A stretch of 64,000 nt of DNA from an uncultured Gammaproteobacteria bacterium (GTDB lineage: Bacteria > Pseudomonadota > Gammaproteobacteria > CAWCPV01): assembly GCA_963797555.1 (NCBI GenBank), contig CAWCPV010000018.1, positions 10,509 to 74,508 of the forward strand, written 5' to 3'. The notes below the pieces were generated by a model that worked only from the letters and a program-made list of their open reading frames with translations, searched no databases and had not been told where the DNA came from. Shown in pieces: positions 53,681-64,000 of the stretch (the first letter of the stretch is position 1; each line of letters begins with the position of its first letter). Both the position numbers and the translations under genes were made by a program.

Positions 53681-55153
53681 ATGCGGATCGCCATATTGGA
53701 CAACGGCCGGGAAGTCCGCTCGTATACCTTTGACGGGCCGCTGGTGCGCATCGGCAGGCACGCATCCAACGACGTGGTTCTACCCGCGGCGCACATCTCG
53801 CTCTTTCACGGCGAGATCTGCCGCGAGGAGGACAGCATCGTCTATCGCGACCTGCGCTCCACGAATGGCTCCCGGATTCGGCGCGGCCCACGGGTATACC
53901 CTCTGGACGAACGCTGCTTTCGGCGCCTGCCCCTCGTGGACAGCGACGAGATCCTGCTCGGTGCTGCTGACGAGCCGGTCGGCGTGCGCGTCCACTTGGC
54001 GCCCGGACCGCAGCCGAGTGAGAGGGCCACGGTCACTGGAGAGTCCATTGCCGTCACTCAAGGCGACGCGCTCGACGGTTACTCCTCCAGTTTCGACCGC
54101 GAGGCCCTCGTGGGTCTGCTCGACTTCTCCTCTCGCACAAACGCTCCAGTCAATACCGAGACGCTGCTGCGAACCTTCGCCGACGGCCTGCTGAAGCTGT
54201 TCCAAAAAGCCAATCACTTAGAGATCCACCTGGGCAATCCGGCCGGTACCGAGTTTGTTCCGGTCCTGGCCCAGGACCGTGACGGCGAGGTTGAGCCGAA
54301 TCCAGTCTCCCGCACGGTTCGGGAGCGGGTGCTTTCGGATGGGCAGGCTCTGGCATTTACCGACTCCGATCCGGGCTTCGACGTCTCGGAAAGCCTCAGA
54401 GGGTGGAATGTGCGGGCGGGGATGTGCGCTCCGCTTTGGGACGGGCAGCAGGTGATCGGGCTGGTGCAGGTCGATCGCCGAGGCATCCCGATCGTTCCTT
54501 TCGATCAGCGAGACCTCAGCGTGCTTGCGGTGTTCGCTCACTTGGCGGCCCTGGGAATCGCGAATGCCCGGCTGCGCGCTGGGTTAGAGGCGACCATCGC
54601 CGAGCTGCGAGAGGCGCACGCCCACATGCAGCGTCTCGCGCTACACGACTCTCTGACGGGGCTCGCGAACCGCGTGCTATTCCTCGACCGTCTCCAGCAG
54701 GCGGTCCTCATGGCAAAACGGCAGGGCATCTCCACGGCCCTGCTTTATCTCGACCTCGATGATTTCAAACGCGTCAACGACACTCTCGGACACGACGCAG
54801 GTGACGCTGCACTGCAAGTAGTGGGCAAGCGGCTTCAGGGCAGCGTGCGCGAGGTGGATACCGTGTCCAGGATGGGCGGGGATGAGTTCGCGATCCTGCT
54901 AGTCGGGGTGGCAGAGGCCGCAGCCGCAACCGCCGTGGCTCGCAAGATACGCAATGCGTTGGCTATACCCGTGCGCCTTTCCGCTCGGGAGTTCGTAGTG
55001 ACGGCCAGCGTCGGCGTCACGCTCATGCCTCGGGACGGCGTCGAAGGGGCCGTACTCTTGAAGTACGCCGACCTGGCCATGTATCGGGCCAAGGCCGCCG
55101 GCGGCGACCGCTGCGAGATTTTCACGCAGGAGATGACCCGTGAGACGTCGTAG
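53681..55153 (+). CDS. FHA-GAF-GGDEF diguanylate cyclase
   Basis: FHA IGR..SN.....HIS..H...DL.STNG; GAF MCAPL...VIGL.QVD; DLDDFK.VND..GH..GD, RxxD I-site REVD, GGDEF. Confidence 0.9.
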   Translation: MRIAILDNGREVRSYTFDGPLVRIGRHASNDVVLPAAHISLFHGEICREEDSIVYRDLRSTNGSRIRRGPRVYPLDERCFRRLPLVDSDEILLGAADEPVGVRVHLAPGPQPSERATVTGESIAVTQGDALDGYSSSFDREALVGLLDFSSRTNAPVNTETLLRTFADGLLKLFQKANHLEIHLGNPAGTEFVPVLAQDRDGEVEPNPVSRTVRERVLSDGQALAFTDSDPGFDVSESLRGWNVRAGMCAPLWDGQQVIGLVQVDRRGIPIVPFDQRDLSVLAVFAHLAALGIANARLRAGLEATIAELREAHAHMQRLALHDSLTGLANRVLFLDRLQQAVLMAKRQGISTALLYLDLDDFKRVNDTLGHDAGDAALQVVGKRLQGSVREVDTVSRMGGDEFAILLVGVAEAAAATAVARKIRNALAIPVRLSAREFVVTASVGVTLMPRDGVEGAVLLKYADLAMYRAKAAGGDRCEIFTQEMTRETS

Positions 55154-55686
55154 CATCTAGCGCGGAAGGCGCCGTGGCCGCGGTGCTTTGAACCATTCCA
55201 AATACTGTGTCTGTGACCATGGATGGCCTGACCGAAGATCTTCAATCTGGACTGCCCCGACTGGATGCTTCACGGCAAGCAACGGGGAATCTGCCCAGTC
55301 GTTAACGCGAAGCCTAGAGACGCTGCGATGGCGTCGTGCCCTTCCGGATGTGCGACAAGCCGTCGAAGTCTCGCTTGCAGCGTTCGAGACGCGAGGACTC
55401 GTTCGAACCGCGAGCACCTAAACGCCTTGACAACGTCATCAGCCTGGCGCGGGGCGTTTCAGATGCGCATGTTTTGGCCGCGAGCCCTCGCCAAGGCACT
55501 CTGCCCGGAGGGCGTCCCTGGGTCGGGTCGGCCGACGGCTTGGTCCAGCCACGCCCAGGCGGATCGGCTTGCACGGTGGGCGTCGATAGCTGACCTACAC
55601 TTACAGGAGACTCGGTCTAGGTCCGGTCGCAGTGCCGGTCGACCGCAGTCGCACGGCACGTTTCGGACGCGTCAAGGGGGAGGGCC

Positions 55687-57138
55687 ATGACTTCAACAAT
55701 GTTGGACCCACCAGCAGAGTCCGCGGATCGCGAGAACTTGCTCGCCCGCATGCTGGGAATCTCCCATCTCATGGTCGCCCAAACAGACCTTGGCCAGTTG
55801 CTTAACTCAATCATGAGCGAGGCTGCCCGGCTAGTGCGCGCGGAGCGCGCGACCTTGTATCTGCTCAACCAGGCCGCCGGGGAAGTGATCAGCTACATCG
55901 CCCAGGATGCCGAGGTCCACGAGATCAGGTTACCGGTGGGCCGCGGCATCGCAGGGCACGTAGCCGCTACTGGACGGGCGGTAAATCTGCCTGACGCGTA
56001 CGCAAGCGAACACTTCGACCCATCCTGGGACCGGCGCACCGGATTCCGCACCCGCAGCATGCTCTGCGTGCCCATGCGGGACCACGCGGGCCGCACAACC
56101 GGCGTGCTTCAGGCGCTGAACTGCCGAGAGGGCTTCTTTAGCGAGGCCGACGAATCGCTGCTCACCATGTTCGCCGCGCATGCCGCCATCGCCATCGACA
56201 ACACCCGCCTGCACGACGACCTTAAGCTCGCCTTCCGCAGCACCATCCGGGCGTTGTCGCAGGCCGTGGACCGTCGCGACCCCAGAACGTACGGCCATTC
56301 CCAGCGAGTAACCTACTACGCCGTAAGGATGGGCCAGGCCGTCGGGCTGACTGTTCCGGAGGTCGAGGCACTTGAGTGTGCAGCCACCCTTCACGATGTG
56401 GGGAAAATCGCGGTCTCCGACCGCGTGCTGCTTAAGGACGGCCTGCTGAACGACGAGGAATATGCGCTGATGAAACAGCACGCGCGCTTCACTCGCGACA
56501 TCCTGGCCAAGTGTTATTTTACCGGCACATTATCCGACGTGGCTTTCATCGCCGGCGCCCACCACGAACGCCTCGACGGCAGCGGGTACCCGGACGGACT
56601 GCGCGGCGGGGAGATCCCGCCGGCAGCCCGTATCCTTGCGGTCGCCGACGTGTTCGACGCGCTCACCTCTTCCGACCGGCTCTATCGCCCGGCCATGAAC
56701 ACGCGCAAGGCCTTGGGCATTCTGAGGACGGAAGCCGGAACGAAGCTCGATCGGGAGGTGGTTAGGATTTTCATCGCAGAGAAGCTCTACGAGATCGACC
56801 GGCGGGCCCACATACGCATCGCCGCGGGGCTCGAAATGGAGTACCGAATCCTGGCGAGCGGCCGACCGGACCGCGAGCCCGCAATCCCTAGCGGGGGAAC
56901 GGTAGACGTGAGCGGAGGGGGTCTGTTGTTCCGTACGCGGGACTTCATCCCCGTGGGCACCTACCTGGAGACCGCAGTGCATGCCGGCGATCAGGACATC
57001 GAGCTGGTAGCCGAGGTCGTCCGCTGCGAACGGTCTGTGGGTTCGACCAGCTTCGATGTTGGCATCTCGTTCTATAACGTGCCTGATCCGGCGCGCGAGA
57101 AACTCCAGGCGCACTTTGTGCAGGTCTCGCACGACTGA
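55687..57138 (+). CDS. GAF - HD-GYP - PilZ phosphodiesterase
   Basis: GIAG.VA.TG, D..TGFRTRSMLC.P; LHDVGK, HHERLDGSGYP; PilZ RRAHIR and DVSGGG. Confidence 0.9.
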   Translation: MTSTMLDPPAESADRENLLARMLGISHLMVAQTDLGQLLNSIMSEAARLVRAERATLYLLNQAAGEVISYIAQDAEVHEIRLPVGRGIAGHVAATGRAVNLPDAYASEHFDPSWDRRTGFRTRSMLCVPMRDHAGRTTGVLQALNCREGFFSEADESLLTMFAAHAAIAIDNTRLHDDLKLAFRSTIRALSQAVDRRDPRTYGHSQRVTYYAVRMGQAVGLTVPEVEALECAATLHDVGKIAVSDRVLLKDGLLNDEEYALMKQHARFTRDILAKCYFTGTLSDVAFIAGAHHERLDGSGYPDGLRGGEIPPAARILAVADVFDALTSSDRLYRPAMNTRKALGILRTEAGTKLDREVVRIFIAEKLYEIDRRAHIRIAAGLEMEYRILASGRPDREPAIPSGGTVDVSGGGLLFRTRDFIPVGTYLETAVHAGDQDIELVAEVVRCERSVGSTSFDVGISFYNVPDPAREKLQAHFVQVSHD

Positions 57139-57201
57139 ATCTGATCCGGCAACCTGGGCGGGGGCGCGGCGCGTCAGTGATGGGGCACCCGGATGCTGTC
57201 G

Positions 57202-58586
57202 GAGATATAGTCAAGTCTGGTGTATGAGCATGGGCTGAATCAGGCGGCGATCCGGTTGGCTTCCGCAGCTTCCACACGCACTCCATCTTTGAATTTCACC
57301 CCGGCAATGACCTCGGCCAAGCGTTCGAAGCCCCTGGTCGACGCCAGCGTTTGGCCGCGCTCTGGCCGAGCTTGTAGACCATCGCCAGGAAGCTCTGGCG
57401 TGACACGCAACCCCGGGTCTTGTCGGTGCGAAGCCGTACTGTGGCGAAGGTCGACTCGATGGGGTTGGTGGTGCGGATGTGCTGCCAGTGCACGGCTGGA
57501 AAGTCGTAGAAGGCAAGCAGTTGCTCGCGGTCCTTCTCCAGGCACTGTGCCGCCTTGGATACTTGTCACGGTGGGTGTCGAGGAACGCCTCAAAGGCCTT
57601 CTGCGCCTGGTGGCGGCTTTCAGCCATCCGAATCTCGTGAAGAGCGCTCTTGGCCTTCGGCTGGAGACTCTTGGGGAGCTTGTTCAGCACGTTAGCCGTC
57701 TTGTGCACCCAACAGCGCTGATGGCGTGCTTGGCCGTAGACTTTGGTGAGCGCCTTCCACAAGCCCAAAGCCCCATCGCCGACGGCGAGCTTGGGACCGA
57801 CCTTCAGCCCCTGGTGCTTGAGCCGCGTCAAGAGTTCCAGCCAGCTGTGCTCCGACTCCCGGAAGCCGTCCTCGATGGCCACGAACTCCTTGGTGCCCTG
57901 TTGGGTCACTCCGACGATGACGAGCAGGCATTCGCGCGCCTGTTCCCCACGCACATTGAAGTACACCCCATCGGCCCACCAATACACGTAGCGCTTGCCT
58001 GAGGGGTCCCGGCGTGCCCAGCGCTGGTGCTCCTCTTCCCATTGACGTTTCAGCCGGCTGAGGGTCGAAGGCGACAGCCCCTCGGCCTGCTCGCCTAGCA
58101 ATGAAGCCAACGCCTCCTGAAAATCGCCCGTGGAGACTCCCTTCAAATACAGCCAAGGCAGCAACTCCTCCAAGCTCCTGGTGCGCCGCACCGGGAGTGG
58201 AACCGAATGCCTGACCCACTGCGGTCTCGCACCCTGGGCACCTTCACCGCGACCGGCCCCACACCCGTCTGGAATCTCACGCTCTGGCAGGTGGCCGTTT
58301 CGCACCACAGCCGCCCGGCCATCCAACGACTTCACGCCCTGGAACGCCCCAGGAATTCGGTCAGCTCCGCTTCCACCGCCTGCGCAATCAGTTGCCGCGC
58401 TCCCGTCTCAGAAGTTCGGTGAGCAGGTCGCTCGTCTCGCCCTCTGGCACTCTGCCGTCCATCGGTCTATCGTTATCCATCGGCGTATCCTCCAGGGCTG
58501 GCTTGTGTCTCTGGTCCCTTCACATTCCAGCCGGATACGCCGCCTCACTCAAGCCCCGTACACCAGATTCGAGCATAGCTCTGCAC
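57202..58586 (-). mobile_element. IS256-family IS, frameshifted transposase
   Basis: LYLKGVSTGD, WADGVY, GFRESE.SW, VGDGALG, QRCWVHK, IRTTNPIES; imperfect IRs; 9-bp DR ATGCTGTCG. Confidence 0.85.
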
Positions 58587-58709
58587 ATGCTGTCGTGCGG
58601 CTCTGCGCAGTGAACGTCCGGACCGTCATCGCCCGGCTGGGGCATGCGCAAGTATCTGGTCGATCTCAATGCATCCGCTGTGTGAGTGCAGACTGGCTTG
58701 CCGCCGCTT

Positions 58710-58890
58710 ATGGTGGTGTTCCAGTTCGCACCCGGGGTGGTCTACGCCAAGAAGAGCCTAAAGCACCTCGTGACCTGCGCGGAGATGCTCCGCGGCTATC
58801 GGCTCGCGGTGGAGTTCCGCAACAAGTCGTGGTTTGCCAAGGACCGCCACGAGGTCCTGGCCTTCGAGCGTGATCACGGCATGGCCCACG
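58710..58890 (+). pseudogene. DUF72-family fragment
   Basis: VVFQF.P...LAVEFRNKSWF. Confidence 0.55.
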
Positions 58891-58936
58891 TGCCGAGTGG
58901 GGTCGCTAGGCGTACCGTTTCGCACGTCGGCCGCCG

Positions 58937-60162
58937 TCACTTGCGCTGGTCGTCCTCTGCGACAAAGCGCATGCAGAGCAGGCACAGCCCCGCGGCCAGC
59001 AGCATGGCGAGCGGCGTCACCGACAGGGCATCGCGCAGTCCCCACCGATCGGAGAGCGCACCCATCAAGGTGGGCGAGATGGCATCGCCCAGGGCGTGGA
59101 TCATGAAGATGTTTACCGCGAATGCCATGGCGCGGACGGCAGGCGCGGTAACGTTGATGATCGCTGTATTGAGCGGCCCGGTGTTGAGAAACAGTAGGCA
59201 CTCGGCCAGGAACATGCCCGTGAGGCAGCCGGTGAGCGACCGCGTCATGATGGCATAGGCGGTGACCGGGGCGCCGAGCAAAAAGCCCAGCCCCGACACG
59301 ATCAGGTAGCCCGCCGCATTGCTGCGCTGCAAGCGATCGCCCCACCAGCCCCCGGCCAGGGTGCCGACGATCCCCGACAGCACGGTGATGCCTCCGAACC
59401 AGGCATTTCCGGTCGCAACGTCCAGCCTGTGCACGCGATACAGAAAGGTCGGTACCCATTGCGCCAGGCCTCCTATGGCAAAGGTCATGGCCGCCATGGC
59501 AAGCGTGATGGTGACGAAGGAACGGTTGCGCGCGAGGCCCAGGTAGTCCCTCCCTACGGCAGTCGAGACCGGGTCCGCCGCGGTGCTGACCCCGCCCCGG
59601 GCTCGCGCAGCAGCCAGACCGGCAGCACCAAGAGCAGGCCCGGAACACCCACGATAAGAAACGCTGAGTGCCAACCGAAGCGCTGGCCGAGCAGTCCGCC
59701 CATGAGATAGCCCAGGGCACTGCCTACCGGGATGGCCAGCATGTATAGGGCCATCACGCGCCCGCGGCGCTCGCGCGGGAAGTAATCGGACAGCAGCGCC
59801 GGCGATACCGTGCCGAAGCTCGCCTCACCGACGCCCACCGCCGTGCGCGCCGCCAGCAACGCCCGATAATCCGTCGCGAGCGCGACCCCCAGGGTGGCCA
59901 GGCTCCACATCGCAAGCCCCGCTGCCCAGATCCCGACCCGCCGCATGCGATCCCCGATCCATCCGAACACCGGTGCGGAGAGCATGTAGCACAATATGAA
60001 GGCGCTGCCGAGCAGGCCCAGCTCGGTGTCGGTGAGGCGGAGATCCACCTTGATCAGCGGAAACACCGCGTACAGCACCTGCCGGTCGATGTAGTTCAGC
60101 AGGTTGACCGCGAGCAGCAGCACCAGGGCGTAGCGGGCGGCTACGCGGACAGAATGGTGCAA
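58937..60162 (-). pseudogene. Spinster-like MFS transporter, frameshift near 59610
   Basis: NLLNYIDRQ, R..VGVGEAS, LSDYFP.ERRG; C-half GG.WGDRL, IHALGDAISP. Confidence 0.82.
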
Positions 60163-60309
60163 TTTCGTATGCTCAGTGCGATACGACGGGGAAGTGGTTT
60201 TACTTGCTAGAGTACCGCGACCACGACCGAACCTTCGAGAATTGAGGATGCCAACCTTCCCGATTCACGCTCAACCGCAGCAACGGGTTTCGAAGGGACA
60301 AGGCCCTAG

Positions 60310-62016
60310 GAGGCTGTCGGACTTGGAGCCAACACGGGGGTAGAATAGGCGCACTGTAGCGGGCCACCGCCTGGGGAGAAAGATGGCTATGTAGAAATTC
60401 ATCCCGATAGACCGTAATACCCCGTATATTTTCCCGCCTTGCGTGCAGGACTATCTCCCGGAAGGGCACTTGGCTCGATTTGTGGTGGAGATTGTGGAGC
60501 AGTTGGAGCTGAGGCATCTGTCGGCGGTGTACGGGGGGAAGGGATCAAAGCCCTACCACCCAGCGATGTTAGTGGCGTTGCTGTTTTATGGCTATGCCAC
60601 GGGGGTGTTTTCCAGTCGCAAGCTGGAGAAGGCGACCCATGATTCAATCGCGTTTCGGTATATCTGTGCCAACACGCACCCGGACCATGACACCATCGCG
60701 CAATTTCGCAGGCGGTTTCTGAAGGAGCTGGAGGGGCTGTTTGTCGAGATTCTGTTGGTGGCGTCAGAGATGGGGCTGGTGAAGCTGGGCACGATTGCGC
60801 TGGATGGGAGCAAGGTCAAAGCAAACGCCAGCAAGCATAAGGCGCTGAGTTGGGAGTACGCGAACCGGCTCGAGGCGCAGCTTCAGGAGGAAGTGCAAGC
60901 CCTGATGCGCTTTGCCGAGCAGGCCGACCGGAGCTCACTGGCGGAGGAAATGGATATTCCCGCCGAGCTCAAGCGTCGCGAAGAGCGACTGGCGGCGATT
61001 GCCCGGGCGAAGGAGGAGATCCGGAGCCGGGCGCAGGCGCGTTTTGAGCGCGAGCAGGCGGAGTTCGAACACAAGCAGGCCAAGCGCGAGGTCTATGAGA
61101 AACACACCGGCAAGAAGGCACGGGGCAAGGCGCGAACTCCTCCGACACCCGGCCCGCAGGCCAAGGACCAAGTCAATCTGACGGATGAAGAATCACGCAT
61201 CATGCCCACCTCCAGTGGAGGGTTCGAACAGGCCTACAACGTGCAGGCCGGGGTGGATGTCGAGACGCACCTCATCGTGGAGCACCACGTCAGCCAGCAC
61301 CCCAATGACAAACAGGAGATTGCGCCAGCGTTAGAGAACATTGCCCAGTTGCCCGAGGCGCTGGGTCAGGGCGAATCCCTCCTCGCCAACACCGGCTACT
61401 TGAGCGAGGCCAACGTTCAGCGGTGCAAAAACGCTCGCATCGCGCCGCTCATCCCGGAAAAACGCGAGAAGCACAATGTTCCCTTACAGACGCGCTTCGC
61501 CGAAGACGCCAAACCCCCTCGCAATCCCACACCCGTACAGGCCATGCACCACCGCCTGCAAACCAAGGAAGGTAAGGCACTTTACGCCAAGCGCAAATCT
61601 TCCGTGGAAACCGTCTTCGGTATCCTCAAACACGTGCAAGGGTTCAGGCAATTTCTCCTTCGCGGCTTAGACGCAGTCCGAAGTGAATCGGCTCTAGTAT
61701 GCATTGGGTAGAATCTGAAGCGGATGCATGCCCTGAACGGGTGAAAAGAAGGCACGGGAAGGGTATTGCCAAGCAAAAAAGGATAGCTTCTCACGCATAC
61801 CCGAGCCACATGGTCAAGATTCCCCCTTGGGGCGTTGCAACCCCCGCGTTTTTACCTTACCAGGGTGTTGAAAAAGTCCGGCCGCAGGCTGCTTTTCGTG
61901 TCCGTGGCCGGCGCGGCCACTAAGTCGTTGATTCTTCAATGTTGAAGTCACCATTGACTCGCCCCGATCCAATGTCCCGCAGGAGTTTTTCAACAGCCTG
62001 TAAGTCCGACAGGCTC
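60310..62016 (+). mobile_element. IS1182-family IS, transposase with nonsense lesions
   Basis: IR GAGGCTGTCGGACTT; CTAG DR; YHP.ML..LLFYGY..G..SSR, LDG.K.KANAS, TD.ESRIM, VETVFG..K. Confidence 0.88.
61861..62000. repeat. 140-bp MITE nested inside the IS1182 right end
   Basis: CAGGGTGTTGAAAAA / TTTTTCAACAGCCTG termini. Confidence 0.65.
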
Positions 62017-62122
62017 CTAGTACCCAGGCGAGTCAGGACGACGACGAAACTGTGTCAATGCCCTTGGCTGCCGACCCTCATAGCGTGCGGTCGGAGGACG
62101 GGTTAGACCTGTCCTTGCCGGA

Positions 62123-62500
62123 TTAGGCCGTGTCACGCCTCCCAAAAGCTTCTTGCCAGCGCGGGGGAAACTCCGAGCCGCGAATACGCAGCGCACGAAC
62201 CGCTCCGGTCCATCTTGTCTCGAAGCGCCACCATGACCTGGCCGTGGGGGTTCTCCACGACAAACCGCTGGAGAGCGGCTTCACCTTCCCAGACTGACAG
62301 CGTCCAAAACTGCCGCTTGATTTGAGCATACGCGCCAGCAGCGAGTAGCCGAGAAGGCCCGGAGTGTGCGTCAACTGGCCCTGGATTCGCCAACTGTAGA
62401 GAAGGAAAGCCCCAAGATCTTGAAATCGCTTCAACGCAAGTTCGGACAAAAGAGCCAGGTAGTGTCGATCAGGCTCTGGTCGTCTGAATGTTACCCATGG
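62123..62500 (-). pseudogene. DUF3291/ABM-like protein, frameshifted
   Basis: QL..TPGLLGYSL, FWTLSVWE.EAALQRFV...PH in different frames. Confidence 0.5.
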
Positions 62501-62697
62501 TTCGTAGGCACCGTGACTCCTGGATTGACGTGGCCTCTGTTGGCCCAACATATTGAGTAGCGGCACGAGGCTGGGTGTGGGTAGGCACCGGCCATCGCAG
62601 CCTGAGCGCGAACGGCGATGCGAGGATCACGTGCCGAGCCCAGGGCTGGTGCCAGAGACGCCACGGGCCACCCGGCAGAACCGCGCGGCCCTCAGGG

Positions 62698-63066
62698 CTA
62701 CGTCTCGGCGGACTTGTCAGGCCGCCTTCAGGACGACTTCGGCCTCCTCGCTCAGCACACGGTAGATCTCGTTGAAGTCCGCCTTGGCCGTTTCCACGAA
62801 CACCCCGAGGTGGCCGATCACGCAGATGGAATAGTCACCGCCCGACACTGCCCAGCCTTGGAAGGGTAACCAGTCCATCCCGGTCATCCGGCTCAGAGCA
62901 GCCACCTCGGTAGCTCCGATAAGAGCCTTGCCCGCGCATAGCGTCGCGATGTAGCGAGCCGTCTCCCTCGGGAAGTCGCCCTTGTACGATATTAGCCCCC
63001 GTCGGCGGAAAACTCGCCAGCGGCCACCGCGCCGCCCAAACTCATCACTCGGTTGAGGTTTGCCAT
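62698..63066 (-). pseudogene. DUF2173-family protein with frameshift in a G run
   Basis: MANLNRVMSLGGAVAAGEFS.DG / SYKG...GWAVSGGDYSICVIG..GVFVET.KADFNEI; RBS GAGGAGG. Confidence 0.6.
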
Positions 63067-63868
63067 CAGCTACCTCCTCGCTCTCTGCGCAGAGCGCATG
63101 TGCAAACCGCGAACGTTCCTTTTTCTAACCCTTCATCCTAAAGGTTAGCATTGGCACGGAGCTCTTGCGAGTCTGCGTGGTGAAAGGGACGTTCAGTGGC
63201 TGGGAGAGCGGCGATTACTGCACCTATGCAAGGAGGTTGGGGAGCCCCTGCTCACGGAGAGAATGTCGGCAGCATTCGCGATACGTACTTCGGGTCTGTC
63301 CATCGGGTGGGACCGTCGGGGTTGTACTTCAATAAACATCTACCGCCAGGCTCGGGCGGCACCCAGACGACCACTCTCTGTTGCCCGTATGACCGCTTCC
63401 AGAGTGGACCTGCCGCTGGGCCGCGAAGTCCCGAAGGGCCGGAAATGGCGCAACTTCGGACCTTGGTCGGCGACTGCCGCCCGGCCATGCGGCCACTCAA
63501 AAGACTAGGAAAAGCAACCGCCTCTGGCGTAGAGGAAGGGTAGTCCGTGCGTACGGACCGGTCAACGCGCGGGTGAGACGGGTCGGGGGGCGTATTTCGG
63601 TGCCGGAGGCCGGCTGGACCCGGCCCAGGGCAGCCGGGGGTTGCGGCCGGTCCAGGAGCGCGAGCGGCGTGAGGCGGTGCTTTCCGGGGGAAGCCCCCGT
63701 AGCGGGGCACGGGGTTCGGTCACCGGCAAACGGCCGGCATCGGCAGGGAGTTCCCCGGTTGGCGATAGAAGATGCTGTGGTCGGTTGACTGTCAATCAAA
63801 CGCCAGTTGCACCTCAGGATCGCGCCGCACAGCGCATCGAGGCCCGAACTGGCCCGAACAATACCCAA

Positions 63869-64000
63869 ATGTCGAGGTCGGGTACGCTCGCGCATGATAC
63901 ACAGCATTGAGCGCACAGACGGCGGAGGAGACCGAACTCGATGAGCTGCTGAGGACGCTGGGAACCTCGTCGCAGGGGCTGAGCTCGGCGGAAGCCAAGG
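63869..64000 (+). pseudogene. Probable P-type ATPase N-terminus (in-frame TGA at 63908); runs off the window
   Basis: ELL..LGTSSQGLSSAEAK matches the Cation_ATPase_N motif. Confidence 0.45.

Noticed and set aside
55154-55686. c-di-GMP riboswitch between the cyclase and phosphodiesterase
   Set aside because: No recognisable class I or II consensus by eye; an Rfam scan would be needed.
63067-63868. Long intergenic region, possible ncRNA
   Set aside because: GC-rich hairpins only; no family recognisable.

Overview
High-GC, probably gammaproteobacterial window with one intact housekeeping block (EVE, fau, 6S RNA, zapA, TIGR02449, pepP, ubiH, ubiI; ~39.8-46.2 kb) set in IS-rich accessory DNA. 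The left arm is a decaying glucan/stress island (glgP, pgm, cyclic beta-1,2-glucan synthase, DUF3309 x2, CsbD) carrying IS630, IS1634, IS1380, ISL3, IS110, IS4 and ISCR pieces. The right arm has oxidoreductases, a K+ channel, an FHA-GAF-GGDEF / GAF-HD-GYP-PilZ pair, an MFS transporter, IS256 and IS1182. The most notable structure spans ~29.4-39.6 kb. A two-gene element (tyrosine recombinase + IS91-type Y2 transposase) is bounded by perfect 57-bp inverted repeats. Each repeat ends next to an integron-type core site, and an integron-like cassette array runs outward from each end in opposite directions, with no intI in the window. Supporting evidence includes canonical attC sites, matching core/inverse-core pairs and a group IIC-attC intron remnant. 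All product calls come from motif recognition by eye, not database searches.
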